Under the pieces are notes generated by a model. The model ran no database searches and was not told the DNA's origin. It saw only the letters and a program-made list of their open reading frames with translations. Of a stretch of DNA of 64,000 nucleotides, positions 21,222-31,330 are shown in pieces (position 1 is the stretch's first letter; each line of letters begins with the position of its first letter). A program made the position numbers and the translations under genes. Where the stretch lies: the NCBI GenBank assembly GCA_048885865.1, contig JBHLLF010000002.1, forward strand, positions 64,001 through 128,000, in the 5' to 3' direction. The DNA is from Candidatus Hermodarchaeota archaeon (GTDB lineage Archaea > Asgardarchaeota > Thorarchaeia > Thorarchaeales > Thorarchaeaceae).

Positions 21222-21799
21222 AACTTCAATGGCTTGCATATGCATGCTTTCATCTTTAATTCCGGGAATCTATTTGTGTTTGCTGGAGTGATAAGCCACG
21301 CTGTATCTGCGCCAAATCCAGTACCAGCAATGCAGACTACATCCTCATCAACTCTAACAAGGCCTGCATCAGCTGTCATCATTGCTATCTCTGCGCAGAC
21401 CTTAGTGCCTTGGCCGAAAGTTCGATACGCGATAGCCATCATTTCGGTCGGCGTCCATGTTCCAACATCCTTTCTGATTCCTCTAGCAACTCCTGCGAAG
21501 GCATGAGTCGTGGTAAGGAGTTTGGCTCCACTTTTCTCAATAGACATTCTTTCGGTTTCGTCAAGTTCGTTCTCATTAGGAGCTGAGAATCCGGTGTGAT
21601 GAGATACAACAATGACATCATGCTTGGAGAACCTTTTAGCTGCGGCTGCCCCAGTAGTGCCACTTGTTGTTGCTACAACTACTTTCCTAATTTCCTCGTG
21701 TTCGCTAAGGAATCCTTCAACAGCTTCGAATACTGCATTTGTGTGGTCTGATGATGCCTCATCAAAGTACAATGTCTTGATGGTCATGTTCTGGTCCAT
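21218..21799 (-). CDS. Pyruvate kinase C-terminal alpha/beta domain-like protein (MTH1675-like)
   Basis: VVVATTSGTTG, THAFAGV.R, FGQGTKVCAEIA.M.ADAG, GADTA. Confidence 0.85.
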   Translation of the reverse strand: MDQNMTIKTLYFDEASSDHTNAVFEAVEGFLSEHEEIRKVVVATTSGTTGAAAAKRFSKHDVIVVSHHTGFSAPNENELDETERMSIEKSGAKLLTTTHAFAGVARGIRKDVGTWTPTEMMAIAYRTFGQGTKVCAEIAMMTADAGLVRVDEDVVCIAGTGFGADTAWLITPANTNRFPELKMKACICKPLKF

Positions 21800-21824
21800 G
21801 ACTTCAGGGACTCTTTAGGATTGC

Positions 21825-22295
21825 CTATTTCCTCTCAAGAAATCCAAACGGTGATGATTCTCCAGCTTGCCATGCTCTGACATACCATTCAGCGATTACA
21901 AAGACTAGGAGAACTGCCAATGTGAAACCAAAATCCATTTCTCCACCAGTGTAGAAGGCAACAAGTGCGGCTGCTATGATTACTACTATCACCGCAAAAA
22001 CGAGCCTTCCAAGGACATACATGCCCTTCGATCGCTTTTCATCTAGTACCTCATCCTTTGATCCTGACTGCAGTTGCTCCTCAGCAATATCCTCAGGTTC
22101 TCCCAAGTCCTCCAATATCTCTTGAACGAGCTCCATAGGGCTCTCCGATGGGCGTGCTTCCATCTTGGAGGCAAATGACTGAAGGATGTGCTCTCTTAAA
22201 TCTTCGATAAGGTCCTCTGTTTCAAAGCCTGGAGGTAGCAATTGCTCAATCCTCTTCAGATATACTTTGATAGCTTCCTCTGCTTCTTTGTTCAT
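21825..22295 (-). CDS. HAAS/DUF1700-type membrane protein (PadR partner)
   Basis: YLKRIEQLLP...DLREHI...LGEPEDIA plus two TM; translationally coupled to padR. Confidence 0.8.
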   Translation of the reverse strand: MNKEAEEAIKVYLKRIEQLLPPGFETEDLIEDLREHILQSFASKMEARPSESPMELVQEILEDLGEPEDIAEEQLQSGSKDEVLDEKRSKGMYVLGRLVFAVIVVIIAAALVAFYTGGEMDFGFTLAVLLVFVIAEWYVRAWQAGESSPFGFLERK

Positions 22296-22651
22296 TTCAA
22301 TTCCTCCAGTTTTTCAAAGATATCTCCCAGAATTGTGGACAGCCGCCTGTAGACTCTATCACCCTCACCAGTTAGGACATAGACCTTTCTTCTCGGGCCT
22401 GAATCTGATGGCTCAATTCTATCATTGAGTAGACGTTCTCGCTTAAGACGATGTAGAATTGGGTAGAGAGTTCCCTCCTTCACTTCAAGAAGTCCGTCGG
22501 TACGCTCTTCTAGCTCACGCACAATTCCATATCCATGGATGCCTTCTTCATGGCGCTTGACGATAGCTAGGACGGCGTATTGGAGAAGACCTCTTCTAAT
22601 CTCCACCTTCCAAGTGTCCTCAAAGCTGAGATTTCTCTTCGACAAGCCCAA
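22292..22651 (-). CDS. PadR family transcription regulator
   Basis: HGYGIV, EGTLYPILHRL, GPRRKVY.LT.EG. Confidence 0.93.
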   Translation of the reverse strand: MGLSKRNLSFEDTWKVEIRRGLLQYAVLAIVKRHEEGIHGYGIVRELEERTDGLLEVKEGTLYPILHRLKRERLLNDRIEPSDSGPRRKVYVLTGEGDRVYRRLSTILGDIFEKLEELK

Positions 22652-22709
22652 GCCTCACTGGCAGTGTCTAGCAAATTCTGTCCTCATGTCCTTAAGTATG
22701 TCTGTTTCA

Positions 22710-24056
22710 CTAAATGTCTCTATCAAATCTTCGGCGAAGAATCCATGCCCTGATTTCCATCCTCATATTGGAGGAATACTCTCGGGGTTCACGCAAAAAG
22801 AGATAGAGAGATGATGAAAAGAGCCGTGCTACTCCACTTATTAGAAGCATGGTGAAAACAGCGAAATATCTACTGGTTCCAAGTGATATCCAATCACCCA
22901 CAAATCCACTGAATAAGGAACCGCAGAAATACACTATTCCAGACAGGGTGTTGAAAACTGCTAAATGCGAGCCTCTTTCTTCTTCAGGAGCGACGTCATA
23001 GATGTATGCAGTGATTGAATTGAAACTGGATGCAACTGAAAATCCAGCTAGTGCATTTGCAATATAGATGATATATACATTCGTGGCAAATGCGTACAGA
23101 ATTGGCACTGAGAAGAGCATAGTCCTCCCTATCAATATAAGAGGCTTCCTGCCGATTCTATCGCTCAGCTGTCCCATTGGCATTGTGAACACAACTGTAG
23201 TGGCTGTCATGACAACAGAAGCTATTGCTATCTCAAGGTTTGAATTGCCTAGCCATTCACGTTGTACAACCATGAAGTATGGCCAAGCAACAGACATTGA
23301 GAACGAGAACATGATCGAGATTATCCAGAGTCTTCTGAAGTCCCCCGGCTGCGTAGCTATCTTTAGAAGATTAGGAAATCTAGCCTCTCCCTCCTTCTCA
23401 CGTTCTCCTTCTTTAATCGTGAGTGCGGCAATCGATGACAGAATGCCAACAATCGCTGTAAGATAGAACGGTATGTAGTAGGCTTCTCTCCAAGATTCAA
23501 CAGCGGGGAACAGGAATACGCCAAAATCCCCGAATGCTTCCCGGGCAACTGAAATTAGAAAAGGAAATCCAGCGATAAATCCTGATAGAAGCGTGGCACA
23601 CAAGGAGGCTACATTGACAACAACTCCCAGTCGACCTAGTTCAGTGCCTCGATTCTCCTCTTCCATAAGCCCTCCTAGAAAAGACTGCCAGGTGGGAATC
23701 TGCATGCTGAATAAAATTGATTGGATTCCGTAGAGCGCAATCATCTCAATGGGAGATCTAGCCCAGAGAAACATTAGTACCATAATCATGCCTGTGAAGG
23801 TGCCAAATGCTACAAACGCTTTTGCTCTACGAATTCTATCAGATAGGGCCCCCCAAGCAGGTTGAAGGGCTGTTGGGGCTGCATTTCCAACACTTCGGAA
23901 GAGTCCAAGCTGTCCTAGAGTTGCACCCATATCAATCATGTAGACTTGTAGAAATGGCTGATACATTCCAACTGCAAACTGTGTTAATGCGCCAACGGCA
24001 TAGACCTTTGGTGGAAGTTTCTTCTCAGGCAAGTACGCTTCCACCACATCTTCCAT
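22710..24056 (-). CDS. MFS transporter
   Basis: About 12 TM; motif A GALSDRIRR / GQLSDRIGRK. Confidence 0.9.
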   Translation of the reverse strand: MEDVVEAYLPEKKLPPKVYAVGALTQFAVGMYQPFLQVYMIDMGATLGQLGLFRSVGNAAPTALQPAWGALSDRIRRAKAFVAFGTFTGMIMVLMFLWARSPIEMIALYGIQSILFSMQIPTWQSFLGGLMEEENRGTELGRLGVVVNVASLCATLLSGFIAGFPFLISVAREAFGDFGVFLFPAVESWREAYYIPFYLTAIVGILSSIAALTIKEGEREKEGEARFPNLLKIATQPGDFRRLWIISIMFSFSMSVAWPYFMVVQREWLGNSNLEIAIASVVMTATTVVFTMPMGQLSDRIGRKPLILIGRTMLFSVPILYAFATNVYIIYIANALAGFSVASSFNSITAYIYDVAPEEERGSHLAVFNTLSGIVYFCGSLFSGFVGDWISLGTSRYFAVFTMLLISGVARLFSSSLYLFLREPREYSSNMRMEIRAWILRRRFDRDI

Positions 24057-24178
24057 AGTTTCACACCTTGGAGAGTCTGAAGCCAGGTGCCTTGCATTTA
24101 ACTCTAATTCTAATGACCAAGACCGTCACCGTTAATACCACTCGCGGATGTTTACTCCTCAGTTGTGGGCGTCCAAAA

Positions 24179-25288
24179 ATGCTCGAGAACAAAGTGTATA
24201 CTGAACGTATGAAGCGAGTCAAGGGATTGCTTGAAGAGCAAAATATGGACTTCGGAATTGTAACCCCCTCTGCTGCTTTCCTTTATCTGACAGGGATTCA
24301 TCGGGAGTTGTCTGAGCGGCTTATTGCACTTCTTCTTTTTCCTGATAGAGGCCCTCAAATTGTTGCTCCAGCCTTCGAGGTGTCCACCCTTGCTGAACAC
24401 ACATGGATTAAGGACATTCATCCTTGGGCTGAGGATGAAGATCCATACAGAGTTCTGGCAAGTACACTTGGTTCCATTGAGGGCGGCAAATCAATTGCTT
24501 TTGAAGAAACTCTACCACTTGGAATCTACTGGTCTTTGGAGAATGCGGTTGGGGGAATAAACGAACATGCCTCCCTCACCCCTCTGATTAATGACATGCG
24601 GGTTTCTAAAACGCAAGAAGAGCTTATGCTAATGAGAAAAGCTGGGAGGATCATCAATGATGCCGTGTCAAAAGCGTTCGCAGAAGCAGAGTTGGGAATG
24701 ACAGAACTAGAAGTGCAGCAAATGGTGAAAGCTGAGATAACCAATCTAGGAGCCGTTCCGACATTCTCTGCAATTCAGTTTGGTGAGAATAGTGCGTTGC
24801 CTCACGCATCAGCCGGTACCCGCGAGCTCAAGAGAGGCGATATGGTTCTGATGGACTGCGGATGCATCGTAGAGGGTTATAATACTGATATGACTCGGGT
24901 TGGAGTGGTTGGAAATCCATCAGACGAGCAGGAAAACATATACTCCATTGTTCTGAAAGCCCAACAGGAGGCAATTGAGCGAATAAGTGCGGGTTTGGCA
25001 TGCGGTGCAGCCGACGGAATTGCCAGAAGAGTGATTGAAGAAGCCGGCTATGGAGAATACTTCACCCATAGACTAGGGCATGGCATTGGATTAGAGGTGC
25101 ATGAGCCACCATATTTGGTGAGAGGAAACTCGACCGAGCTCAAAGCCGGAATGACCCACAGTGTTGAACCAGGTATCTATCTCGAGGGGAAATTTGGAGT
25201 AAGAATCGAAGACTTAGTCTGTGTGACAGAAAAAGACCCTGAGATTCTGACCTACATGCCTAGAGACCTGGTGATTATTGATGGCTAG
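24179..25288 (+). CDS. Xaa-Pro dipeptidase/aminopeptidase (M24B)
   Basis: Creatinase-like N domain; D.GC..GY..D.TR, HRLGHGIGLEVHE, EPGIY, GVRIED. Confidence 0.93.
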   Translation: MLENKVYTERMKRVKGLLEEQNMDFGIVTPSAAFLYLTGIHRELSERLIALLLFPDRGPQIVAPAFEVSTLAEHTWIKDIHPWAEDEDPYRVLASTLGSIEGGKSIAFEETLPLGIYWSLENAVGGINEHASLTPLINDMRVSKTQEELMLMRKAGRIINDAVSKAFAEAELGMTELEVQQMVKAEITNLGAVPTFSAIQFGENSALPHASAGTRELKRGDMVLMDCGCIVEGYNTDMTRVGVVGNPSDEQENIYSIVLKAQQEAIERISAGLACGAADGIARRVIEEAGYGEYFTHRLGHGIGLEVHEPPYLVRGNSTELKAGMTHSVEPGIYLEGKFGVRIEDLVCVTEKDPEILTYMPRDLVIIDG

Positions 25289-25956
25289 TCTGAGTCATTG
25301 TCGTTTGTAGGAGGTGCGTCTCTAGATTTTGAGAGCAGCTCCTCCATCTGCTTTCTGTCATCTTCAGACATTCTTTCCATGGCCTCAGCGGACTGTCGAA
25401 TCATCGGCTCAATGACCAGGGAGTAAGCAGCTGGTAGGGTCGTTATTGTTTCCACCCTTTCTTTGTGGTCCTGTTCTGCAATCTCCTTGGCCTCTTTGAG
25501 ACCATCCTTCGTCACCTCGCCTTGACCAACTCCAGGGCAGTTCTTGCTGCTGAGGTAGTACTTGGTTCCGTTATACTCGAGAGGAAAGGTTTTGCATGAA
25601 ATTGGACGAGCGTATCTGATAATACAGCCATTTGCATCCTCATCGAAGAAGATGCATGCGGTTCCTGCTGACTCATCCTTCAATGGTTTTCTTTTGGTTT
25701 CTATCGTCATTGGATCAGTTTCTTTCTCTGGAGGGATTATTTCTAGTCCGCCAATAATATTGGCGATATAGCCCTGTATAGTCCATCTACTAAGGTCTCC
25801 AAATGTCACGTTAACGTGAGGCCGAATGTGGCAATCACGTGTGGTGCATTTCTGCTCCAAGCATTTGAAACGGTACTTGGGGGCTGTCTTATCTTCCGCT
25901 TCTTCCTTGGTTTCTTCCTCGGCCTTCTTCTCAGTTGGCTCCTTCTCATCAGACAC
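25285..25956 (-). CDS. YkgJ-family cysteine-cluster (Zn/Fe-S) protein
   Basis: FKC..CxxxxC, CIFFD...CIIRYARPISCKTFP, CPGVG. Confidence 0.8.
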   Translation of the reverse strand: MSDEKEPTEKKAEEETKEEAEDKTAPKYRFKCLEQKCTTRDCHIRPHVNVTFGDLSRWTIQGYIANIIGGLEIIPPEKETDPMTIETKRKPLKDESAGTACIFFDEDANGCIIRYARPISCKTFPLEYNGTKYYLSSKNCPGVGQGEVTKDGLKEAKEIAEQDHKERVETITTLPAAYSLVIEPMIRQSAEAMERMSEDDRKQMEELLSKSRDAPPTNDNDSD

Positions 25957-26131
25957 AGCTTTTCACCTTTCCGTCTGAACGGCTGCTGCTGGAATCGTCA
26001 ATCTCTTAATGTTTTCGAATAAGACTACAGATAGTTTTGTGACATGCCGAAAGGTATTTTTCCCTACATGGAGGGCGCTAGTCAGCCACGAGGGAGTATG
26101 CTAACTCGGAAGGTGCTGTGGAGTCCACAAA

Positions 26132-28924
26132 ATGGTTGAAGGTCAATGGTACAATAACGACCTCGAACACATAGTGAAAGTGCTCGAAACGACAACAGAC
26201 GGGCTGACCGAGGAAGAAGCTGTTCAGCGCATCCAGAAATACGGGTATAACGAGCTCATTGAAACTGGTACTGTAAGTCCCATAGTCATGTTCCTACGGC
26301 AGTTCACCGATCCTATGGTATTGATACTCCTCGTCGCTATTGCGATTTCTGTCATAACTGGTTTATTCTCTCACGGAGGTGAATCCGGCTTTATTGATGC
26401 GATTGTGATAGGAGCTATTGTAATCTTCAATGCTGTGTTTGGCTTCGTACAAGAATACAGATCAGAAAAGGCGCTAGACGCCCTTAAGGAAATGGCTGCA
26501 CCTCGGGCACGGGTAAAACGCGATGGACTTTGGAAGGAGATCGACTCACGTTATGTTGTTCCAGGTGATATGCTCGGATTTGAAACCGGAGACAAGGTTG
26601 CCACTGATGCCAGAGTTTCCTATGCAGTAGGTCTCTCCGCTGATGAAGCTGTCCTCACAGGCGAGTCATTGGCTGTGAGGAAAGTGACTGATCCTCTAAA
26701 TTTGGTTTCGCCAGCCGTTGGTGACTTGAAGAACATGGTCTTTCAAGGCACAACAATTGTATCCGGCAAGGGTCAGGCAATTGCTACTGCTACAGGGATG
26801 CAAACAAGATTCGGCAAAATCGCAGAGATGGTTCAAGAGAGTGAGAAGGATATGACCCCACTCCAGCAAGACCTGGCGGATCTTGGCAAGAAACTGGGGC
26901 TGCTGGTCATTGCACTCTGCATCATAGTCTTCGCTGCTGAGGTGTTTGCAAGTGTAGCCTCAAATCCAATCGAGGCATTGTTGGCGGCAATTGCACTTGC
27001 AGTATCTGCTATCCCGGAGGGGCTTCCTGCAGTAGTGACCATCACTCTAGCAATTGGCGTACAAATGATGGTTGACCGCAATGCCATAGTCAGACGACTG
27101 CCTTCAGTCGAAACCCTAGGATCAACAACTATCATAGCCTCGGACAAGACTGGCACAATTACAAAGAATGAGATGACTGTTCAGGCACTCTTCACGAATG
27201 GCATGACAATCAACGTGACCGGTGTAGGCTACAATCGTGATGGCGGTTTTTACAGAGCTAGTACTGACTTCGATGTAAAGGCAGATCCGCATACAGCCCG
27301 ACTTCTCGAGATCGGTCAGTTATGTACGAACTCCCTGCTGCAACCTGATCCAACAAGTTCTGCTGATTGGTCCATTGTAGGCGATCCGACTGAAGGGGCT
27401 CTACTTGTCGTTGCTGAAAAAGCAGGAATATCCTATGAAGAAACTCGCTCAAAGTATGAAGAGATTTCAGAGATATCATTCGACTCTACACGCAAACGAA
27501 TGACCACTATTTGCAGAGACCAAGATGGGGCTCTCTGGGCGTTTTCGAAAGGTGCACCAGAGGTTCTACTCCCACTCTGTGACAAGGGATACGAGCACGA
27601 TGCCTTTTGTGACTTAACTGAGAGAAACCGTGAGAATATCCTTGCCATCAACGCTGGATTTGCAGCTAATGCTCTTAGGGTCCTTGCATTTGCCTATCGT
27701 CGCTTGGAAGAAGAGCTCAAAGAATGGGAACCGGAGGAAGTAGAACGAAATCTGGTTTTCGTTGGCCTTGTGGGAATGATAGATCCTGCGCGAGACGAGG
27801 TGCATGAAGCAATTCGGACCTGTCTGCATGCAGGAATACGACCAATCATGATTACTGGCGACCATGAGCTGACCGCTAGAGCAATAGCCGTCGAAGTTGG
27901 CCTAATTGATAGAGATGCCGATGTAGTTACAGGTGCAATGATAGAGCAGATGTCTGATGAAGACCTCAGCAATGCAGTTCGTCATGTAGATGTCTATGCC
28001 AGAGTTTCCCCCGATCATAAACTCAAGATTGTGAACGCGCTTAAGTCTCATAATGAAGTCGTCGCGATGACAGGTGATGGTGTGAACGACGCCCCCGCGG
28101 TTAAGACAGCAGACGTAGGCGTATCTATGGGAGTGCGTGGAGCTGATGTCACAAAAGAGGCATCCGACGTCATCCTCACAGATGACAACTTCGCGACCAT
28201 TGTGACAGCTGTAGAGAAAGGGCGTGAGATATACTCCAACATCCGCAAATTTGTCCGATTCCTCCTGGCGGCGAACTTCGACGAGATCTTTCTCATATTC
28301 ACCATTGTGCTGATAGGATTGCCTTTGCCAATTACTCCCATCCAGATACTCTGGCTCAATCTAGCCACTGACGGTTTCCCAGCATTGGCTCTAGGTGTTG
28401 ACCCTCCTGAGGAGGGTGTAATGGACCGCCCACCACGAAAGCCTGGGAAGAAGATGATGGATCGGGGTATGATCATGTTCGTGGTCATTGCAGGCTTTGT
28501 TGCTTTCCTAGCTGCAGCATTTGTCTTTCTTTTGGCTCTAACAATCAATGGTGGATGGATTCCTGGCATAACAGGCCCCCTTGTCGACTGGGCCATCGCA
28601 CCTTGGAACGATATTCTGAAGCATGCTCGTACCACAGTGTTTGCGAGTGTGGTCACCTTCGAGCTTCTCTTCGTCTGGAACTGTAGGGATGAGTATAGAC
28701 CAGTTTGGAAGACTCATGTTACGGGCTCGAAAGCACTCATGGGTGCAGTAGCATTGTCCGTCCTTCTCACCCTAGCAACCATCTATGTTCCATTCATGCA
28801 ACCATTGTTTGAAACCATGCCGCTCAATCTCGTTGACTGGGGAATCATTCTATTGACTTGTCTCCCAGCTTTGCTGATACCGCCTCATATTATCTTCGGA
28901 CATAGGAGAGAGAATGCGAGCTAG
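26132..28924 (+). CDS. P-type IIA Ca2+-transporting ATPase
   Basis: TGES, IPEGL, DKTGT, KGAPE, TGDGVNDAPA, NLATDG. Confidence 0.95.
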   Translation: MVEGQWYNNDLEHIVKVLETTTDGLTEEEAVQRIQKYGYNELIETGTVSPIVMFLRQFTDPMVLILLVAIAISVITGLFSHGGESGFIDAIVIGAIVIFNAVFGFVQEYRSEKALDALKEMAAPRARVKRDGLWKEIDSRYVVPGDMLGFETGDKVATDARVSYAVGLSADEAVLTGESLAVRKVTDPLNLVSPAVGDLKNMVFQGTTIVSGKGQAIATATGMQTRFGKIAEMVQESEKDMTPLQQDLADLGKKLGLLVIALCIIVFAAEVFASVASNPIEALLAAIALAVSAIPEGLPAVVTITLAIGVQMMVDRNAIVRRLPSVETLGSTTIIASDKTGTITKNEMTVQALFTNGMTINVTGVGYNRDGGFYRASTDFDVKADPHTARLLEIGQLCTNSLLQPDPTSSADWSIVGDPTEGALLVVAEKAGISYEETRSKYEEISEISFDSTRKRMTTICRDQDGALWAFSKGAPEVLLPLCDKGYEHDAFCDLTERNRENILAINAGFAANALRVLAFAYRRLEEELKEWEPEEVERNLVFVGLVGMIDPARDEVHEAIRTCLHAGIRPIMITGDHELTARAIAVEVGLIDRDADVVTGAMIEQMSDEDLSNAVRHVDVYARVSPDHKLKIVNALKSHNEVVAMTGDGVNDAPAVKTADVGVSMGVRGADVTKEASDVILTDDNFATIVTAVEKGREIYSNIRKFVRFLLAANFDEIFLIFTIVLIGLPLPITPIQILWLNLATDGFPALALGVDPPEEGVMDRPPRKPGKKMMDRGMIMFVVIAGFVAFLAAAFVFLLALTINGGWIPGITGPLVDWAIAPWNDILKHARTTVFASVVTFELLFVWNCRDEYRPVWKTHVTGSKALMGAVALSVLLTLATIYVPFMQPLFETMPLNLVDWGIILLTCLPALLIPPHIIFGHRRENAS

Positions 28925-29763
28925 GAAGGTAGGCGCTTTTGAAGCCATCCATACATTTCAGCTAGGACCTTATCCTTCTCAGGTTCCTCATGTAGCTCAT
29001 GATAAAGTCCTTCGTACATACGAAACGTCTTATCCTTGGATGCAATTGATTCAAAGAAATCCTTGCTTCTATCGGGGGAGATTAGCTTGTCATCCCCTGC
29101 CTGTTGATAGAAGACAGGTAAAGTAATTCTCTCCCCCTCCTTGAAAGTCTCTTCAGACGCTTTCAACGCTTCTATCCCGAACCTTGGCGTAACGCCATGG
29201 AATCGAAGAGGATCTGCTTCATGCCTCCTAATGACTTCAGGGCTGCGCGATCCATCGGCCAAATCGACATCGCCCTCGTAATACCTTTTCACATTCAGGA
29301 GGGAGAGGATCCTTGCGAAGAACCTCCTCACTGGGCTAATTTCCAGAGTCTGTGCCACTGCTGGACACTGCAATAGAATCCCATCAACAGTCCTAGGATA
29401 TGCCATAACATATCGCAGCACCATGAGGCCTCCAAGCGAGGCTCCAAACAGAAAGGTGATCTTGTTCAGAAACCTGTCTTTGACCTGCATCACAAGATTC
29501 TGAATGTCCTCTATGTATTCACTGAAACGCATCACGTGACCCTTTTGCCCATCAAAATGGCCAAAGCCTCTCATATCAGGAGCAAAGACTGCGATCCCTT
29601 TCTCAGCCATGAACTCACCTATTGTACCCAAATCCAGTCCGTGGCTACCTAAGCCATGTATCGCGATAATCAATGCACGAGGCTTTTCGTTATCAGGTAT
29701 CCATGATGCCATAAACATCCTTGTGCCGTCAAAGCCAATATACTTGGTTTCCTTGAACTTCAT
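28921..29763 (-). CDS. Alpha/beta hydrolase, lysophospholipase/monoacylglycerol lipase
   Basis: HGLGSH, DMRGFG, GASLGG nucleophile, YHELH. Confidence 0.9.
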   Translation of the reverse strand: MKFKETKYIGFDGTRMFMASWIPDNEKPRALIIAIHGLGSHGLDLGTIGEFMAEKGIAVFAPDMRGFGHFDGQKGHVMRFSEYIEDIQNLVMQVKDRFLNKITFLFGASLGGLMVLRYVMAYPRTVDGILLQCPAVAQTLEISPVRRFFARILSLLNVKRYYEGDVDLADGSRSPEVIRRHEADPLRFHGVTPRFGIEALKASEETFKEGERITLPVFYQQAGDDKLISPDRSKDFFESIASKDKTFRMYEGLYHELHEEPEKDKVLAEMYGWLQKRLPS

Positions 29764-29859
29764 AGAGAGTCACTATGAATGACAAAGTCTTGGCACTATT
29801 AATGTTGCCACGAAAATGGAGGCAGGAGTGACCTACTCAAGATCACTCCGATATGAGGA

Positions 29860-30741
29860 TTAGAATCTGTTAGGAACCGGCTTATCGCCAGAGTAGTCAT
29901 AGAAGCCCATGCCAGATTTCCTACCTAGCCAACCTGCACGAACCATCTTTCGCAAAAGTGCTGGTGCTCTGTACTTGCTGTCTTTGAACTCGTCCACAAA
30001 GTAGTCAGATATGTAGAGCATCGTATCAAGCCCAACAAAATCAGCAAGAGTCAGTGGTCCCATGGGCCAGTTCAGCCCAAGATGAATGGCTTTGTCCATG
30101 TCCTCAACAGTTGCAATGCCCTCTTGGATTGCAAATACTGCCTCATTCAGAGCTGGAACTAGCAGGCGATTGACAGCAAATCCTGGTGCTTCATTCACTA
30201 GGACGGTTTCCTTTCCAATCTTTCCGGACACCTCCTCAATGACCTTCACGGTCGAATCGTCTGTAGCCTGGCCCTTGATGATCTCTACTAGCCGCATAAC
30301 AGGAACCGGGTTAAAGAAATGCATACCTATGAATAGATTCGGCCGCTCAGTGACAGCAGCCATTTGGGTAATGCTGATACTAGAAGTGTTGGAGGCCAAG
30401 ATCGCATGCTTTGGGGCAGCCTCGTCAACTTCTTTCCATGTATCAAGTTTGAGTTTCACTATTTCAGGAATTGCTTCGATAACTAGATCCGCATCATTGA
30501 CAGCGTCCTTCAGGTCGAGAACACCTTCAATCCTCCCTAGAGTTGCATCAATCTCTTCCTGAGTAATTTTGCCTTTCGAGAGACCTCGTTCAAGGTTCTT
30601 CTTTATGATTGCCATTCCCTTGTCAATGAACTTCTGGTCGATGTCCCTCATTTTCACGTCATATCCAGCCTGAGCACAGACCTGAGCAATGCCATTCCCC
30701 ATCTGTCCTGCACCCAGAACTGCAATCTTCTTAATCTCCAT
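29860..30741 (-). CDS. hbd: 3-hydroxybutyryl/3-hydroxyacyl-CoA dehydrogenase
   Basis: GAGQMGNGIA, EAIPE, SNTSS, HFFNP, PMGP; start set at MEIKK behind SD GAGG. Confidence 0.93.
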   Translation of the reverse strand: MEIKKIAVLGAGQMGNGIAQVCAQAGYDVKMRDIDQKFIDKGMAIIKKNLERGLSKGKITQEEIDATLGRIEGVLDLKDAVNDADLVIEAIPEIVKLKLDTWKEVDEAAPKHAILASNTSSISITQMAAVTERPNLFIGMHFFNPVPVMRLVEIIKGQATDDSTVKVIEEVSGKIGKETVLVNEAPGFAVNRLLVPALNEAVFAIQEGIATVEDMDKAIHLGLNWPMGPLTLADFVGLDTMLYISDYFVDEFKDSKYRAPALLRKMVRAGWLGRKSGMGFYDYSGDKPVPNRF

Positions 30742-30886
30742 AATTCCAACCTCTTCCTTATGGTTTGTCTGTTTTTGGCTCGGCAAGAGGTGGGTAATAT
30801 GTCTGTTGCTGGATCCTAAGGACGAGCGATTGACATCCTCCATCGCTAGTCTTATTTCATGGATACATTGGACTAGAGCATAATAG

Positions 30887-31318
30887 GTGGAACATTTGGA
30901 AGACATTTCATGGGACGACAGCCTGTCTGTCGGAGTTGAATTGATTGATGAACAGCATAAGATGCTGATTGAACGCATAAACAATCTCTCAATTGCTGTT
31001 GCGAAGTATATGGGTCATACAAAGATCATCGAAACTTTGCTATTCATGACGGAGTATACTGACTTTCATTTCTCAACTGAAGAGCGTTACATGAAGGAGC
31101 TGGATTATCCTGCAATGGAGAACCACATCAAACAGCATGAAGAGTTCAAGAGCATGCTAAACACCCTTGAGGATGATTTCAAAGAAGATGGTGCTACCAA
31201 AGTGGTCAGCAAATCCATCAATACGTTCCTTGGCAATTGGCTCTTCAACCATATCAAGGTTGTAGATGTTAATTTTGGCAAGTTTCTCAGGGAAAAGGGC
31301 GTTGTTATGACGGAGTAG
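30887..31318 (+). CDS. Hemerythrin (bacteriohemerythrin)
   Basis: W...SVG...IDEQH, HF..EE.YM....YP....H...H, WL..HI...D. Confidence 0.93.
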   Translation: MEHLEDISWDDSLSVGVELIDEQHKMLIERINNLSIAVAKYMGHTKIIETLLFMTEYTDFHFSTEERYMKELDYPAMENHIKQHEEFKSMLNTLEDDFKEDGATKVVSKSINTFLGNWLFNHIKVVDVNFGKFLREKGVVMTE

Positions 31319-31330
31319 GGCCTCCTTCCG

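Noticed and set aside
30742-30984. N-terminal extension of the hbd ORF
   Set aside because: Overlaps hemerythrin on the opposite strand; the Rossmann fold and SD start at 30741
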